64,000 nucleotides of DNA from an uncultured candidate division Zixibacteria bacterium (GTDB taxonomy: Bacteria; Zixibacteria; MSB-5A5; UBA10806; 4484-95), in the NCBI GenBank assembly GCA_963668625.2, contig CAXXKA010000004.1, positions 96,001 through 160,000 on the forward strand. Reading direction: 5' to 3'. Positions 1-9,529 of this stretch are shown one piece after another. The notes under the pieces are model-generated. The model worked only from the letters and a program-made list of their open reading frames with translations, searched no databases and was not told where the DNA came from. Numbering within the stretch: position 1 is the first letter of the stretch; each line of letters begins with the position of its first letter. A program made the translations under genes and the position numbers.

Positions 1-865
1 CGCCATTTTGTTGGAAAATTTGCGATTCTACAAACAGGAAACCGATAACAACGCCGAATTCGCCGAGAAATTGGCCTCACTCGGCGATATATATGTTAAC
101 GATGCGTTCGGTACCGCACACCGTGCGCACGCCTCAACCGAGGGAGTGACTCATCATATTAAGCCTGCCGTAGCCGGCTACCTGATGCGAAAAGAGATCG
201 ATTACCTGGGTAACGCCCTGGCCGATCCCAAACGTCCGTTCGTTGCAATTATTGGTGGAGCTAAAATATCGGGCAAAATAGATGTCATAAAAAACTTGCT
301 GGGCAAGGTCGATACGCTTCTTATCGGAGGTGGAATGATCTTTACGTTCTATAAAGCTATGGGACTAAATATCGGCAATTCCCTTCTGGAGGAGGATAAG
401 ATTGATGAGGCTGAGAGTATAAACAATATGCCTCTGCCCTCCAATGTACGGATGGTTTTACCCGAAGATGTGCTGCTTGCCGATAAGCTGGAGAAACCTT
501 TCAAGGTAAAAGAGGAGTTGATCTCAGCAATCCCGGATAACTGGATTGGCGTTGATATCGGCTCGAAGACCCAAAAGAATTTCGTTGAAATTATCAAGAC
601 AGCGAAAACCATAGTCTGGAACGGCCCGATGGGCATATTCGAGACCGACGAATTCGCTAAAGGTACCCTGACCATGGCTAAGGCGATCACTGAGGCAACC
701 ACCGGGGGGGCTGTCAGTATAGTAGGCGGCGGTGATTCCGTGGCGGCCCTGGCAAAAATGGGAATGAAAGATAAAGTCAGTCATGCCTCGACCGGAGGCG
801 GCGCCTCATTGGAATTTTTAGAGGGTAAAACATTGCCGGGGCTGGCAGCGTTGACTGATAAATAA
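1..865 (+). CDS. pgk: Phosphoglycerate kinase (5'-truncated by window edge)
   Basis: [38 protein letters not shown] and [13 protein letters not shown] motifs. Confidence 0.98.
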   Translation, partial: AILLENLRFYKQETDNNAEFAEKLASLGDIYVNDAFGTAHRAHASTEGVTHHIKPAVAGYLMRKEIDYLGNALADPKRPFVAIIGGAKISGKIDVIKNLLGKVDTLLIGGGMIFTFYKAMGLNIGNSLLEEDKIDEAESINNMPLPSNVRMVLPEDVLLADKLEKPFKVKEELISAIPDNWIGVDIGSKTQKNFVEIIKTAKTIVWNGPMGIFETDEFAKGTLTMAKAITEATTGGAVSIVGGGDSVAALAKMGMKDKVSHASTGGGASLEFLEGKTLPGLAALTDK

Positions 866-882
866 ACTGGAGAATATTGATT

Positions 883-1626
883 ATGAGAAAAACATTGGTT
901 GCCGGTAACTGGAAATTGAACACCTTACACGATGACGCCGTGGAACTTGCCTCGGGAGTAGCCGCCGCACGAAGCGATTTTGGCAATACGGAGGTTCTTA
1001 TCTGCCCGCCGTTTATCTGGATCGGAGCGGTCGCGGAGGCGATCAAGAATTCACCTGTCAAACTGGGCGCGCAAAACCTGTATTGGGAGGACAAAGGCGC
1101 TTTTACGGCGGAAATATCCGGCCCGATGCTGAAATCGGCGGGTTGTCAGTATGTAATAATTGGTCATTCCGAAAGAAGACAATTTTTTAATGAAACGAAT
1201 GAAACGGTCAATAATCGACTCAAAAAGGCGTTGGAACATAACCTGACACCAATTGTCTGTGTGGGCGAGAATCTTGCCGAACGCGAAAGCGGCATAACCG
1301 AGGTTGTAATCAAAAAGCAGTTTGACGAGGGATTCGCATCTTTCGCCGATTTCGATAAAGTAGTGATCGCTTACGAGCCGGTCTGGGCAATAGGAACCGG
1401 CAAAACCGCAACCCCGGATCAGGCACAGGAGATACACAAGCTTCTACGGGGGCTGCTTGCCGGAGTGACTAATGCCGCTGAGGATATCAGGATTTTATAC
1501 GGCGGTTCGGTCAAACCGGGCAATGCCGCCGAGTTAATATCCAAACCTGATATCGATGGTTTCTTAGTCGGCGGAGCAAGCTTGAAAGCGGTTGATTTCA
1601 ATGGAATTATAAAAGCGACCGCTTAA
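883..1626 (+). CDS. tpiA: Triosephosphate isomerase
   Basis: [31 protein letters not shown] and LVGGASL motifs; ATG at 883 preferred over TTG 877 on spacing from GGAG (869-872). Confidence 0.98.
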   Translation: MRKTLVAGNWKLNTLHDDAVELASGVAAARSDFGNTEVLICPPFIWIGAVAEAIKNSPVKLGAQNLYWEDKGAFTAEISGPMLKSAGCQYVIIGHSERRQFFNETNETVNNRLKKALEHNLTPIVCVGENLAERESGITEVVIKKQFDEGFASFADFDKVVIAYEPVWAIGTGKTATPDQAQEIHKLLRGLLAGVTNAAEDIRILYGGSVKPGNAAELISKPDIDGFLVGGASLKAVDFNGIIKATA

Positions 1627-1726
1627 TATTTCATCGATTTCAAAAAAACACTAATTTTGACTTGACTGAGGCTGTTTTTCAAGTATCTTTACAATCTGTC
1701 GAAATTATGGAAAAAAGGAGATTTAG

Positions 1727-2134
1727 GTGTACCCTTTATTGATTGTAATACATGTTCTGATTTGTCTGGCCCTGATCATCGTGATCCTCATGCAATCCTC
1801 GAAAGGTGAGGGTTTGGCCGGGGCTTTCGGCGGTACCGCTTTAACAGGCGCGGTTTTCGGTGGACGAGGCGCAGCCACGTTTTTATCGAAAGCTACATCT
1901 TTCGCGGCGATTGCGTTCATGGTTTCGTGCCTGGTGCTGGCATTCGTTTCGCCATCCCGCCAGGTGACAAAGCAGGAATCAGCTTTGAAGCAACAGCTTC
2001 AAAACGCGCAGCCGATGTTACCTGCCGATCAGGAATCGGGTTTACCGGGCGAGGCTATCGAGCTTCCCGCCGGCGACCAGCAGACTCCTGCGGGTGAAGG
2101 CACGACAGAACAAGCTCCCGCCGAGGGCGAATAA
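1727..2134 (+). CDS. secG: Preprotein translocase subunit SecG
   Basis: Two TM segments, ILMQSSKGEGLAGAFGG and FLSKAT motifs; conserved tpiA-secG-tRNA-Leu synteny. Confidence 0.95.
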   Translation: MYPLLIVIHVLICLALIIVILMQSSKGEGLAGAFGGTALTGAVFGGRGAATFLSKATSFAAIAFMVSCLVLAFVSPSRQVTKQESALKQQLQNAQPMLPADQESGLPGEAIELPAGDQQTPAGEGTTEQAPAEGE

Positions 2135-2163
2135 AGCGAATAGCTTACAATAGAAGATTTTTT

Positions 2164-2245
2164 GCGGAAGTGGTGGAACCGGTAGACACGCCATCTTGAG
2201 GGGGTGGTGCCGCAAGGTGTGAGGGTTCAAATCCCTCCTTCCGCA
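2164..2245 (+). tRNA. tRNA-Leu (anticodon GAG), CCA not encoded
   Basis: GCGGAAG/CTTCCGC acceptor stem, D-loop GGTA, anticodon arm CCATC-TTGAGGG-GGTGG, long variable arm, GGTTCAAATCC T-arm. Confidence 0.96.
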
Positions 2246-2302
2246 TTTTTTTGTTTATCATGTTATTCAACTTGTATAAGAAACTATTACATGTATTTAT
2301 TT

Positions 2303-2936
2303 ATTGATATTAAAAAACATCGGTTTTCCCGATGCGTGCGTTAGTGGCGAAGCATTTGCAGAAAGTTTTATTATCAACAGTCACTAGTGTCCGGTGTTTT
2401 TCGGTATATTTTAAATCTCTCCTTGGAATTGTCAGTGAAAGATATTTTCCGATATAATTGTATATTCAGTGTATCATACATCCTGATATGTCCTGCCGAT
2501 GTTAGGCTTAGTTTCCTGGTTTCCAAGAGATGCCTGGAAACCTGCTTGAGTCATGTAAAATGCTCATTCTGCAGGCAAACAAGCCACGTTGCGAAGCAGC
2601 GCTTCGCAACGAGATGGAAAGGCCGGACAGTGGTGATCAACAGTAACGACAGAGTCTCTCAATAGCAGCACTTTTTTATATCTGTTCTTACCCCGGAGGA
2701 TGTAATCCGGTACGGCCTTTTCTTTTTATAACACTAGACTCTATTTCTATTAAGTTAGCTTATATGAAAGGGAGACAAAACGAAATATTTAGAATACGGT
2801 TGGTTACAAAATCGGAGTTTTGTAACCAGCACACCTCTTCCCCAACCCCTATATCCTGAATCAAGTTCAAGATGACATAGCCGGCTTAAGCCTGCAGGAT
2901 AAAAGCCGCCGGACCTGTAGCCGGTGTTAGTTTACT
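2303..2936 (+). repeat. Copy A of a ~380 bp dispersed non-coding element (contains MITE 2382-2635); inverted homolog of 26666-27187
   Basis: Manual alignment to the reverse complement of 26666-27187, e.g. TACGGCCTTTTCTTTTTATAACA, GGGAGACAAAACGAAAT, CCTGCAGGATAAAAGCC, CATTTGCAGAAA. Confidence 0.85.
2382..2635. mobile_element. 254 bp MITE-like insertion
   Basis: Imperfect terminal inverted repeats CACTAGTGTCCGG / CCGGACAGTGGTG (11/13), flanking 9 bp direct repeat ATCAACAGT (2373-2381, 2636-2644); absent from homologous copy B. Confidence 0.8.
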
Positions 2937-3199
2937 GATATGGGCGGTTGATGTCCTCATCTGCCCCATCTATTTCATGCGCTACTACAAAGCGGCAGAC
3001 GGGGAAGGTTGCCCAGCCACTTAACACCAAACCTACCTCATAATGTCACTCCTTCCATCATGAGGTAGATGATATAATTCTATTTAGGCGACAGATGTCC
3101 TCATCTGCTGCATGTGATTAGTAAATGTCCTTCAACCAACAGAAACTCAGTCCGCCGACGATAGGAACTCGCCACCTCGCATGCTCTGCAAAAAAGTGC

Positions 3200-3228
3200 T
3201 TGACAAACTTTATTATATTCATTAGGTT
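3200..3228 (+). promoter_or_regulatory. Putative sigma70 promoter upstream of the dockerin gene cluster
   Basis: TTGACA-N17-TAGGTT. Confidence 0.4.
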
Positions 3229-3733
3229 AATTTTAGGTTTGGCAACAAAGTAATTGCTCCACAATGAAATAACTTTTAAAATTTGCATCTTTGGTTTTTC
3301 ACTCATTGGGCTTTGTGTCTATTGACACGATGTGTTTAAAACTTATTCGGTTCAAGCGTATAGCTGGGGTAGCTATATGTGTGAGTTTATTTGATTAGCT
3401 TAATAATTTAAGTAAGTGTAGAAGTCCCTTTAATAACTGGAAGTCAGGTCAAAGTAACAGGAAGGTAAAACAGTTTTTCAACAGGGAGGTTTGTAAGCAC
3501 TCAGATATCACTAAGCCTTTTATATTTCTTCTTTCATAGTAATGTTTAACGTGTTCCCGAATGCAGGGGCATCGGGGATAGCGAAAAAGTGTATATACGA
3601 TCGGTTTTACAATCGGTCTATTGAAGCGAATATGCTCATTGTGCGAACATTGTAACGTTAACTGCAAATTGCGGAAATCAGGGTAAGTTTTTAAAGGGTG
3701 TAATTCATTAACAAATGATTTTGGAGTAAAGAT

Positions 3734-6700
3734 ATGAAGAAAACCATTTTTCTAACAATTATCTGTTTAATAACCATCAGTGCCTTAACCGCCTGGGCGG
3801 GCATTTCGACCTCCAATTATGCCGAAAGAAGCGTAGCAAATCTTCCGGCTGCAACTGATGTCGAAAACAAAATAGCCTTATACGGTAATGATTCTTATCA
3901 GCCCTTAAGGTTAGATACCGAGGTCACCGGTGACGATTGTTCCGATCCATTCGTGATAGGGGGGTTCCCCTACCAGGATACACAGGATAATACCACTTTC
4001 CTGGATGACTACAACTATAACGGCGGCTTGACCGGTCCGGATCTGGTTTATGAATTTACAATTACCGAGTGTAAGGATGTAACCATATCCCTGTGTAATT
4101 CGCCGGATAATACAATGGATTTGGCCGTTTCACTCTATGGCCCCGGCGACTGCGGCGGCACGGCAATCGGTTTCGATGATGATGCCTGTGTTGCTCCAGA
4201 TTTTGGTACACCTGAATTAGTCGCCAGGCTCGCGGCCGGCACCTACTACTTCATTATCGATGCTTATGATGGATTCCTGGGCACTTACGTTGTCGATGTT
4301 ACTGTCGAGGACTGCCCGATTCCCCCGCCATACGATGATTGTACTGATGTCGATCCGGCCGATTCGGTTCTGGCTATTGGCGATAGTTTGTTCTATGTCG
4401 GTGATAACGCAGGCGCCACTCTCGATTCCAACTGCGACTCATTGACAACCGAAATGTCCTGGATTGGTTTCACTACCACTGAGCTATCCGATGTCACGAT
4501 CGAATTCTGCGGTACGGTTCCGGTTCGTCAGGGCTACTATCGCGTGCTTTCCGCGTATTGTCCTTGCGACGGCGATAATTTCTATTTTGCCTCCGAAGAG
4601 AACTATACCGACTGTGCCGATGAAAACCCGACTCTCTATTTCAACCGTCTCCCTGCCGGAGAATGGTGGTATCCGGTTATTGCCGGCCCTACTCTCGAGG
4701 GCCCGTATAACATTACAGTAATGGCCGGCCCGCCGACAGGCTATTGCGATTACACCTGTGACGGCGGCGCAACGCCTGAAGGCGAAGTCTGCGGCGATGA
4801 CGATAACGGCGGCTGCAACTCCGAGCCTCCGGAGTTCGGTTCGATTAGCTGTGGCGAACACATTTGTGGTGAACTCTGGGCCGATGGCGGAACACGTGAT
4901 ACCGATTGGTTCTCGTTCACACCGGCTACCGACACGTTCATTACCTGGAGCGCGGCGGGAGCTATGCCGATTTCGCTTATTCTTATCGACTACACTGTCG
5001 GTTGCGATACTTCAGAAACTGTTTATCTCGGCGGTGGCGGTACTACCGAATGCGATACTATCAGCTTAACCGCTTTCGTGGAAGCCGGTCACTCGATCGC
5101 TTGCTTTATCTCCGCTAACGATATTTACAGCGGTTATCCCTGCGAGGATGGTCCGTTCTACTATGAGGCATGGTTGACCTGCGAGGTCTTCGAAGCCCCG
5201 GAAAACGACAACTGCGTAGACGCCATCGAAATTGGCGAGGTTACCGAATATGCCTGGACTAACCTGGGCGCGACTACCGATAACAACGGTACCTGCGGTA
5301 CCGATCTCCAGGCGGATGTCTGGTATCGTTACACGCCATCCTGCACCGGCGCGGCGACTCTTGATCTGTGCTTGCCTGAAAACGCCGGTTTTGACACGTA
5401 TATTGGTGTATTCACCGATGATTGTGTCGATCCCGAATGTATCGTGTTCGGCGATGATGACTGCGGCGAAGGCGGCGGCCCGTCAAGGGTTAGCTGGGCT
5501 GTAGTGGCCGGTGAGCCGGTACTTCTCTGTCTCGGCGGCTGGGCAGGCACTATGGGCGAAGGCCTGTTTACGGTATCCTGCTCGCCTCCGGCTACTATCG
5601 ACGTACAACCTACCTCTGTTTCCGGCGCTGCCGCCCCCGGCGGTGTTGATATGGAAGCTCTGACAGTTTCCAATACCGGTGACGGTACCCTGTACTGGGA
5701 AATCATCACATACCAGGATTTCCCGACAATGACCTCCAACTCGAATGGCGCCCCGATTGGCGAACGCTACTCGATCAACAACGATCTTCTCTCGGCCGAG
5801 AAAAATTTCTCATTGGTCGAAAAGGAAGCTTCGGCAGAGAAAAAAGAGGTTAACGAGAATAACCTGGTTAAGGGTTTACGCGCTGACCAGACCGGTGATT
5901 TCCCTGAACCACCTTCGATAACCGATTATTGCGAGATTCTGACAACCGGCGACGCCTACTATACGGGCGGCGGCTGGTTTACCGGCGGTGAAATGTACGC
6001 TGTCTATCAGGATCCCGAAGTTTGCGGCTACTCCCCGACTTATCCGTTCACAGTTACAAGCCTGAGTTGGGCCCTGGCCAAGGATGATACCTCCGCCGCT
6101 ACTGCCGAATATGTCTACTATCAACCTGTCATATTTGGCGCCGACTTGACTAATCCATCCTGCCCGGTTCCCGACACGAGCGTATTACTCTATGCCGGTG
6201 CGCTTGACTCGGTATTTTTCGAGCCTGGTGATTACTTATGGATTGGCAATAATATTTCTGCAGTCGTAAACGGGCCATATTTCATGGCAGTGATCTTCCC
6301 GTATACGCATAACTTCATAAGATTACCTCTCGAGCAAACCAATACCGGAACCTGTTTATCTTATAACGAGTATGGCAGCGGTTGGATTGACTTAGGAGAG
6401 AATGTCTGGAACCTGAACCTGGCCAACTACTGGAGAACCGACGGCTTAACCCCGACGGTATGCGATGTTGAATGTCCTGCAGGTGGTATAGCCGAGGCTG
6501 AGGTTTGCGGCGATGAAAACAACAACGGTTGTAACATGGATCCTGTTACATTCGAAACCATCAACTGCAATACTACGATTTGCGGTACTGGTTGGGCAAC
6601 CGGTGGATTCAGAGATACCGACTGGTATGAATTTACTCTAACCGCACCTACATTCATCCATATTTCCGTAGAAACAGAATTCCCCACTGATGTATATTTA

Positions 6701-7402
6701 CTTGATGTACCAAGCTGTGATAGTATCGGAGCATATGCTATTATAAGTCTTACTCCCTGTGATCCTGGCACCATAACCGGTACACTTCCTGCAGGAACGT
6801 ATGTCATATTCGTAGGAGCATCGGTAGGTGAGAACGTACTCTGTGATGGAACCGGCCTGTATGGTTATGAGTATTATGTGACCTTACAGTGCATGGATCC
6901 GTGGTTGTCAGTAGATACCTACAGCGGTGAATGCCCGCCGAATGCTACTGTCAATGTCATCATGGATGCCACATATCTGTCTGAGGGCACCTACTATGGC
7001 GATGTCGTATTCTACTCCAGCGATACTGCGACTCCTGAACTGGATATCCCGGTTGAGTTCGTGGTTGCCGCTGGTGGTTACGAATATCTGCCTGGTGATG
7101 CCAATATGGCTGCCGGTGCCTGGCCGCCGAACGTAATCGGCGCTGACGTGACCTACCTGGTCAACTACTTCCGCGCTATCGCCTCGCCGTGTCTGCTCGG
7201 TGGTTACTATGCCTCCGGTGACGCTAACGGTGATTGCTTGGTAATCGGTGCCGACGTTACTTATCTCGTCCAGTATTTCCGCGGCGCTAATACGATCAAG
7301 TATTGCGGCGATGATGTTGGCGAGGATGACTACACACCTGCATGGCTCAATACTGGGGAACTACCTCCGAGTGCGCCTGCAGGTTGGCCGAACTGCGAAT
7401 AG
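3734..7402 (+). CDS. Large secreted Cys-rich acidic modular protein (repeated PPC-like and Ig-like modules) with C-terminal variant dockerin
   Basis: Signal peptide; duplicated EVCGDxxNxGC..CGxxWAxGGxRDTDW module; GDANMAAGAWPPNVIGADVTYLVNYFR..GDANGDCLVIGADVTYLVQYFRG; no catalytic motif recognised. Confidence 0.75.
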   Translation: MKKTIFLTIICLITISALTAWAGISTSNYAERSVANLPAATDVENKIALYGNDSYQPLRLDTEVTGDDCSDPFVIGGFPYQDTQDNTTFLDDYNYNGGLTGPDLVYEFTITECKDVTISLCNSPDNTMDLAVSLYGPGDCGGTAIGFDDDACVAPDFGTPELVARLAAGTYYFIIDAYDGFLGTYVVDVTVEDCPIPPPYDDCTDVDPADSVLAIGDSLFYVGDNAGATLDSNCDSLTTEMSWIGFTTTELSDVTIEFCGTVPVRQGYYRVLSAYCPCDGDNFYFASEENYTDCADENPTLYFNRLPAGEWWYPVIAGPTLEGPYNITVMAGPPTGYCDYTCDGGATPEGEVCGDDDNGGCNSEPPEFGSISCGEHICGELWADGGTRDTDWFSFTPATDTFITWSAAGAMPISLILIDYTVGCDTSETVYLGGGGTTECDTISLTAFVEAGHSIACFISANDIYSGYPCEDGPFYYEAWLTCEVFEAPENDNCVDAIEIGEVTEYAWTNLGATTDNNGTCGTDLQADVWYRYTPSCTGAATLDLCLPENAGFDTYIGVFTDDCVDPECIVFGDDDCGEGGGPSRVSWAVVAGEPVLLCLGGWAGTMGEGLFTVSCSPPATIDVQPTSVSGAAAPGGVDMEALTVSNTGDGTLYWEIITYQDFPTMTSNSNGAPIGERYSINNDLLSAEKNFSLVEKEASAEKKEVNENNLVKGLRADQTGDFPEPPSITDYCEILTTGDAYYTGGGWFTGGEMYAVYQDPEVCGYSPTYPFTVTSLSWALAKDDTSAATAEYVYYQPVIFGADLTNPSCPVPDTSVLLYAGALDSVFFEPGDYLWIGNNISAVVNGPYFMAVIFPYTHNFIRLPLEQTNTGTCLSYNEYGSGWIDLGENVWNLNLANYWRTDGLTPTVCDVECPAGGIAEAEVCGDENNNGCNMDPVTFETINCNTTICGTGWATGGFRDTDWYEFTLTAPTFIHISVETEFPTDVYLLDVPSCDSIGAYAIISLTPCDPGTITGTLPAGTYVIFVGASVGENVLCDGTGLYGYEYYVTLQCMDPWLSVDTYSGECPPNATVNVIMDATYLSEGTYYGDVVFYSSDTATPELDIPVEFVVAAGGYEYLPGDANMAAGAWPPNVIGADVTYLVNYFRAIASPCLLGGYYASGDANGDCLVIGADVTYLVQYFRGANTIKYCGDDVGEDDYTPAWLNTGELPPSAPAGWPNCE

Positions 7403-7427
7403 TAGTTATAAGGAAAGGATTTAAACA

Positions 7428-7456
7428 CGGTTGTTCCGCATTTTGCGGAGCAACCG
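7428..7456 (+). terminator. Stem-loop downstream of ORF3734 (terminator or stabiliser)
   Basis: CGGTTGTTCCGC-ATTTT-GCGGAGCAACCG hairpin; no strong U-tract. Confidence 0.45.
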
Positions 7457-7747
7457 TCACTAAACCGAAAAACATCGAAAGACTGAAATGAAAATAGAAT
7501 TCCGATTACCTTTCCTGATTACCTTTTCCTGATTAACGATTCTGCTAACCGAATTCGTTTCCAAATGATAGCGGGAGTGTGGCAGAACGCTCCCGCTTAA
7601 TAATAACAGCTACATCCTGGGAATAAAAAAATATTGACAATATACTTGATTTAAATTATTTTTAACATGCAAGTAGAAGCTTCTGTTTTAGCTGTATTAT
7701 TAGAAGGTATCATCTTTCAATCAAAATAAGTCCGGACGGAGCAGCGA

Positions 7748-9208
7748 ATGTTAAAATTAAAATTAGCTGTACATGTAGTTCTGGTGCTTTTTTCGTTTTC
7801 ATTTTCGTATGCCGATACAATCGATCAATATGTTCCAATAACCTACGGTGAACTTATCACTATGGAGTATAATTCTAAACATGGGGTTAGCTCTTATTAC
7901 GCCCGCAATAGAACTCAATTAACTACCGATTTTCAAGATATCCCTGCAAATGATTCCTGCGAAAATGCCGAGTTGATACCATACCCATATCCATATAGCG
8001 GAACCGGAACGAGTATTGATGCTACTCTCGATTGCCCCTCTCTATTATATTGGTATGGAGTATGGTACATGATTGAACTTCCCTATGAATATAACGACCT
8101 GACAATTACCATCTGTGGTTTATCCGAGGATTTGATTGATGCCGGTATTATTATTATGGATGATTGCAATTGTGATGATTTAATCGGCGCATCCACCATA
8201 ACATTCCTTGATCAAAGCGAATGTTCCACCGGTTTTTCAGGGCTTAAACTAGAATTCAACTCGATTCCCATAAGTTTTAACTCCGATAGCCTGGTTTATT
8301 GGCCAGTTTTTACATCCAATAGCGAAGGTCAGCCCATTGATTTCGAGTATGAGGTTAATATTACGGAAGGCGAGCCGCCTCCGATTGGTGATACCTGTGA
8401 AGATCCTATAATTATTCCGGGATTGCCATATGCTGATACACTCAATAGCTGTGATTTTAATAATGAATATAATTTTAGCGGAAATGATGTCGTTTATGAA
8501 TTCGAACTCGATAGCTGCCGCATTGTGGATATCTCATTATGCGATACCGATCCGATATTCGATAGTTATTTGCTTCTTTATAACATCTCCGATTGCGGCA
8601 ATATCCCTATCGCTACCGATGATGATGCCTGTATGGGCCCCGGAGAATACGGTACTTCGAGGATTATCGACACGCTTGAGGCAGGCGTTTATAACGTCGT
8701 TATCGATGCTTATTCCGGCGAGTGCGGCGAATATGTCCTTGAGATAACAACTACTACCTGCCCGATCTACGGCGCTTGCTGCATTGAGACCGAATGCGTG
8801 GCGACAATACTGGAGCAAAGCTGTGATTCGCTGGGAGGCGAATGGATAGCTAATGAGGACTGTGGTTTAGGCTATATGTGCCCCGGAAGCTGCCAGGAGT
8901 TTTTGCTCGGGGATATCAATATGGCGGGAGGCGCCTGGCCACCGGTGGTTATCGGAGCTGATGTAACCTACCTGGTGTATTATTTTCGAGGTTCGGAGTT
9001 GCATTCCAGTTGCCTGTTAAATGATTTCTGGTGCTCGGCGGATGTTAATGGGGATTGTCTCATAATCGGCAGCGATGTTACTCTTCTGGTGAATTATTTC
9101 AGGGGATTGGCAACACTAGTCCATTGTGAGGACTGCTCCTCATGCTGGTTAGCCCCAGAGGATATTCCAGATGACGAGCCCGAAGGCTGGCCTAACTGTG
9201 ATGAATAG
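7748..9208 (+). CDS. Secreted Cys-rich protein with PPC-like modules, a GACC motif and C-terminal variant dockerin
   Basis: Signal peptide; GDTCEDPIIIPGLPY..DVVYEF..DDDAC module homologous to ORF3734; GDINMAGGAWPPVVIGADVTYLV..ADVNGDCLIIGSDVTLLVNYFRG..GWPNCDE. Confidence 0.75.
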   Translation: MLKLKLAVHVVLVLFSFSFSYADTIDQYVPITYGELITMEYNSKHGVSSYYARNRTQLTTDFQDIPANDSCENAELIPYPYPYSGTGTSIDATLDCPSLLYWYGVWYMIELPYEYNDLTITICGLSEDLIDAGIIIMDDCNCDDLIGASTITFLDQSECSTGFSGLKLEFNSIPISFNSDSLVYWPVFTSNSEGQPIDFEYEVNITEGEPPPIGDTCEDPIIIPGLPYADTLNSCDFNNEYNFSGNDVVYEFELDSCRIVDISLCDTDPIFDSYLLLYNISDCGNIPIATDDDACMGPGEYGTSRIIDTLEAGVYNVVIDAYSGECGEYVLEITTTTCPIYGACCIETECVATILEQSCDSLGGEWIANEDCGLGYMCPGSCQEFLLGDINMAGGAWPPVVIGADVTYLVYYFRGSELHSSCLLNDFWCSADVNGDCLIIGSDVTLLVNYFRGLATLVHCEDCSSCWLAPEDIPDDEPEGWPNCDE

Positions 9209-9529
9209 GCTATTAGAGTACCTGTTTTAATGCAGATTAATTAAATAAATGATTGACAATAATAATGAGCTCCGTATATATTAAATAAGCCTCTGGTATT
9301 TCTTCATTTAAACTTTTTAGGAGGCCAGAAATAGCATTCCGAAAACTATTGAAAATTACAAAATCAGATAATTTTTTAGTGTGTTTGGACTAACGGTTGA
9401 GGTAAATAATAATTAACGAGAAAATAACATATGGTTAAGCTTATCTTAACACTGATGTTGCTGATATGTTGAACTTACTTAATCCATGGGAAAAAAGTAA
9501 TTTTTAAATTCACATTGGAGGTGGACAAT

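Noticed and set aside
2164-2300. tRNA-Leu as attachment site of an integrated island or prophage
   Set aside because: No integrase, no phage genes, and I found no duplicated tRNA 3' end in the window.
3237-3260. TGGCA..TTGCT as a sigma54 promoter
   Set aside because: GG-to-GC spacing is 13 nt rather than the required 10.
2387-3667. Short ORFs 2387-2665, 3118-3306 and 3449-3667
   Set aside because: No RBS or recognisable motifs; the first lies in a MITE, the others in AT-rich promoter DNA.
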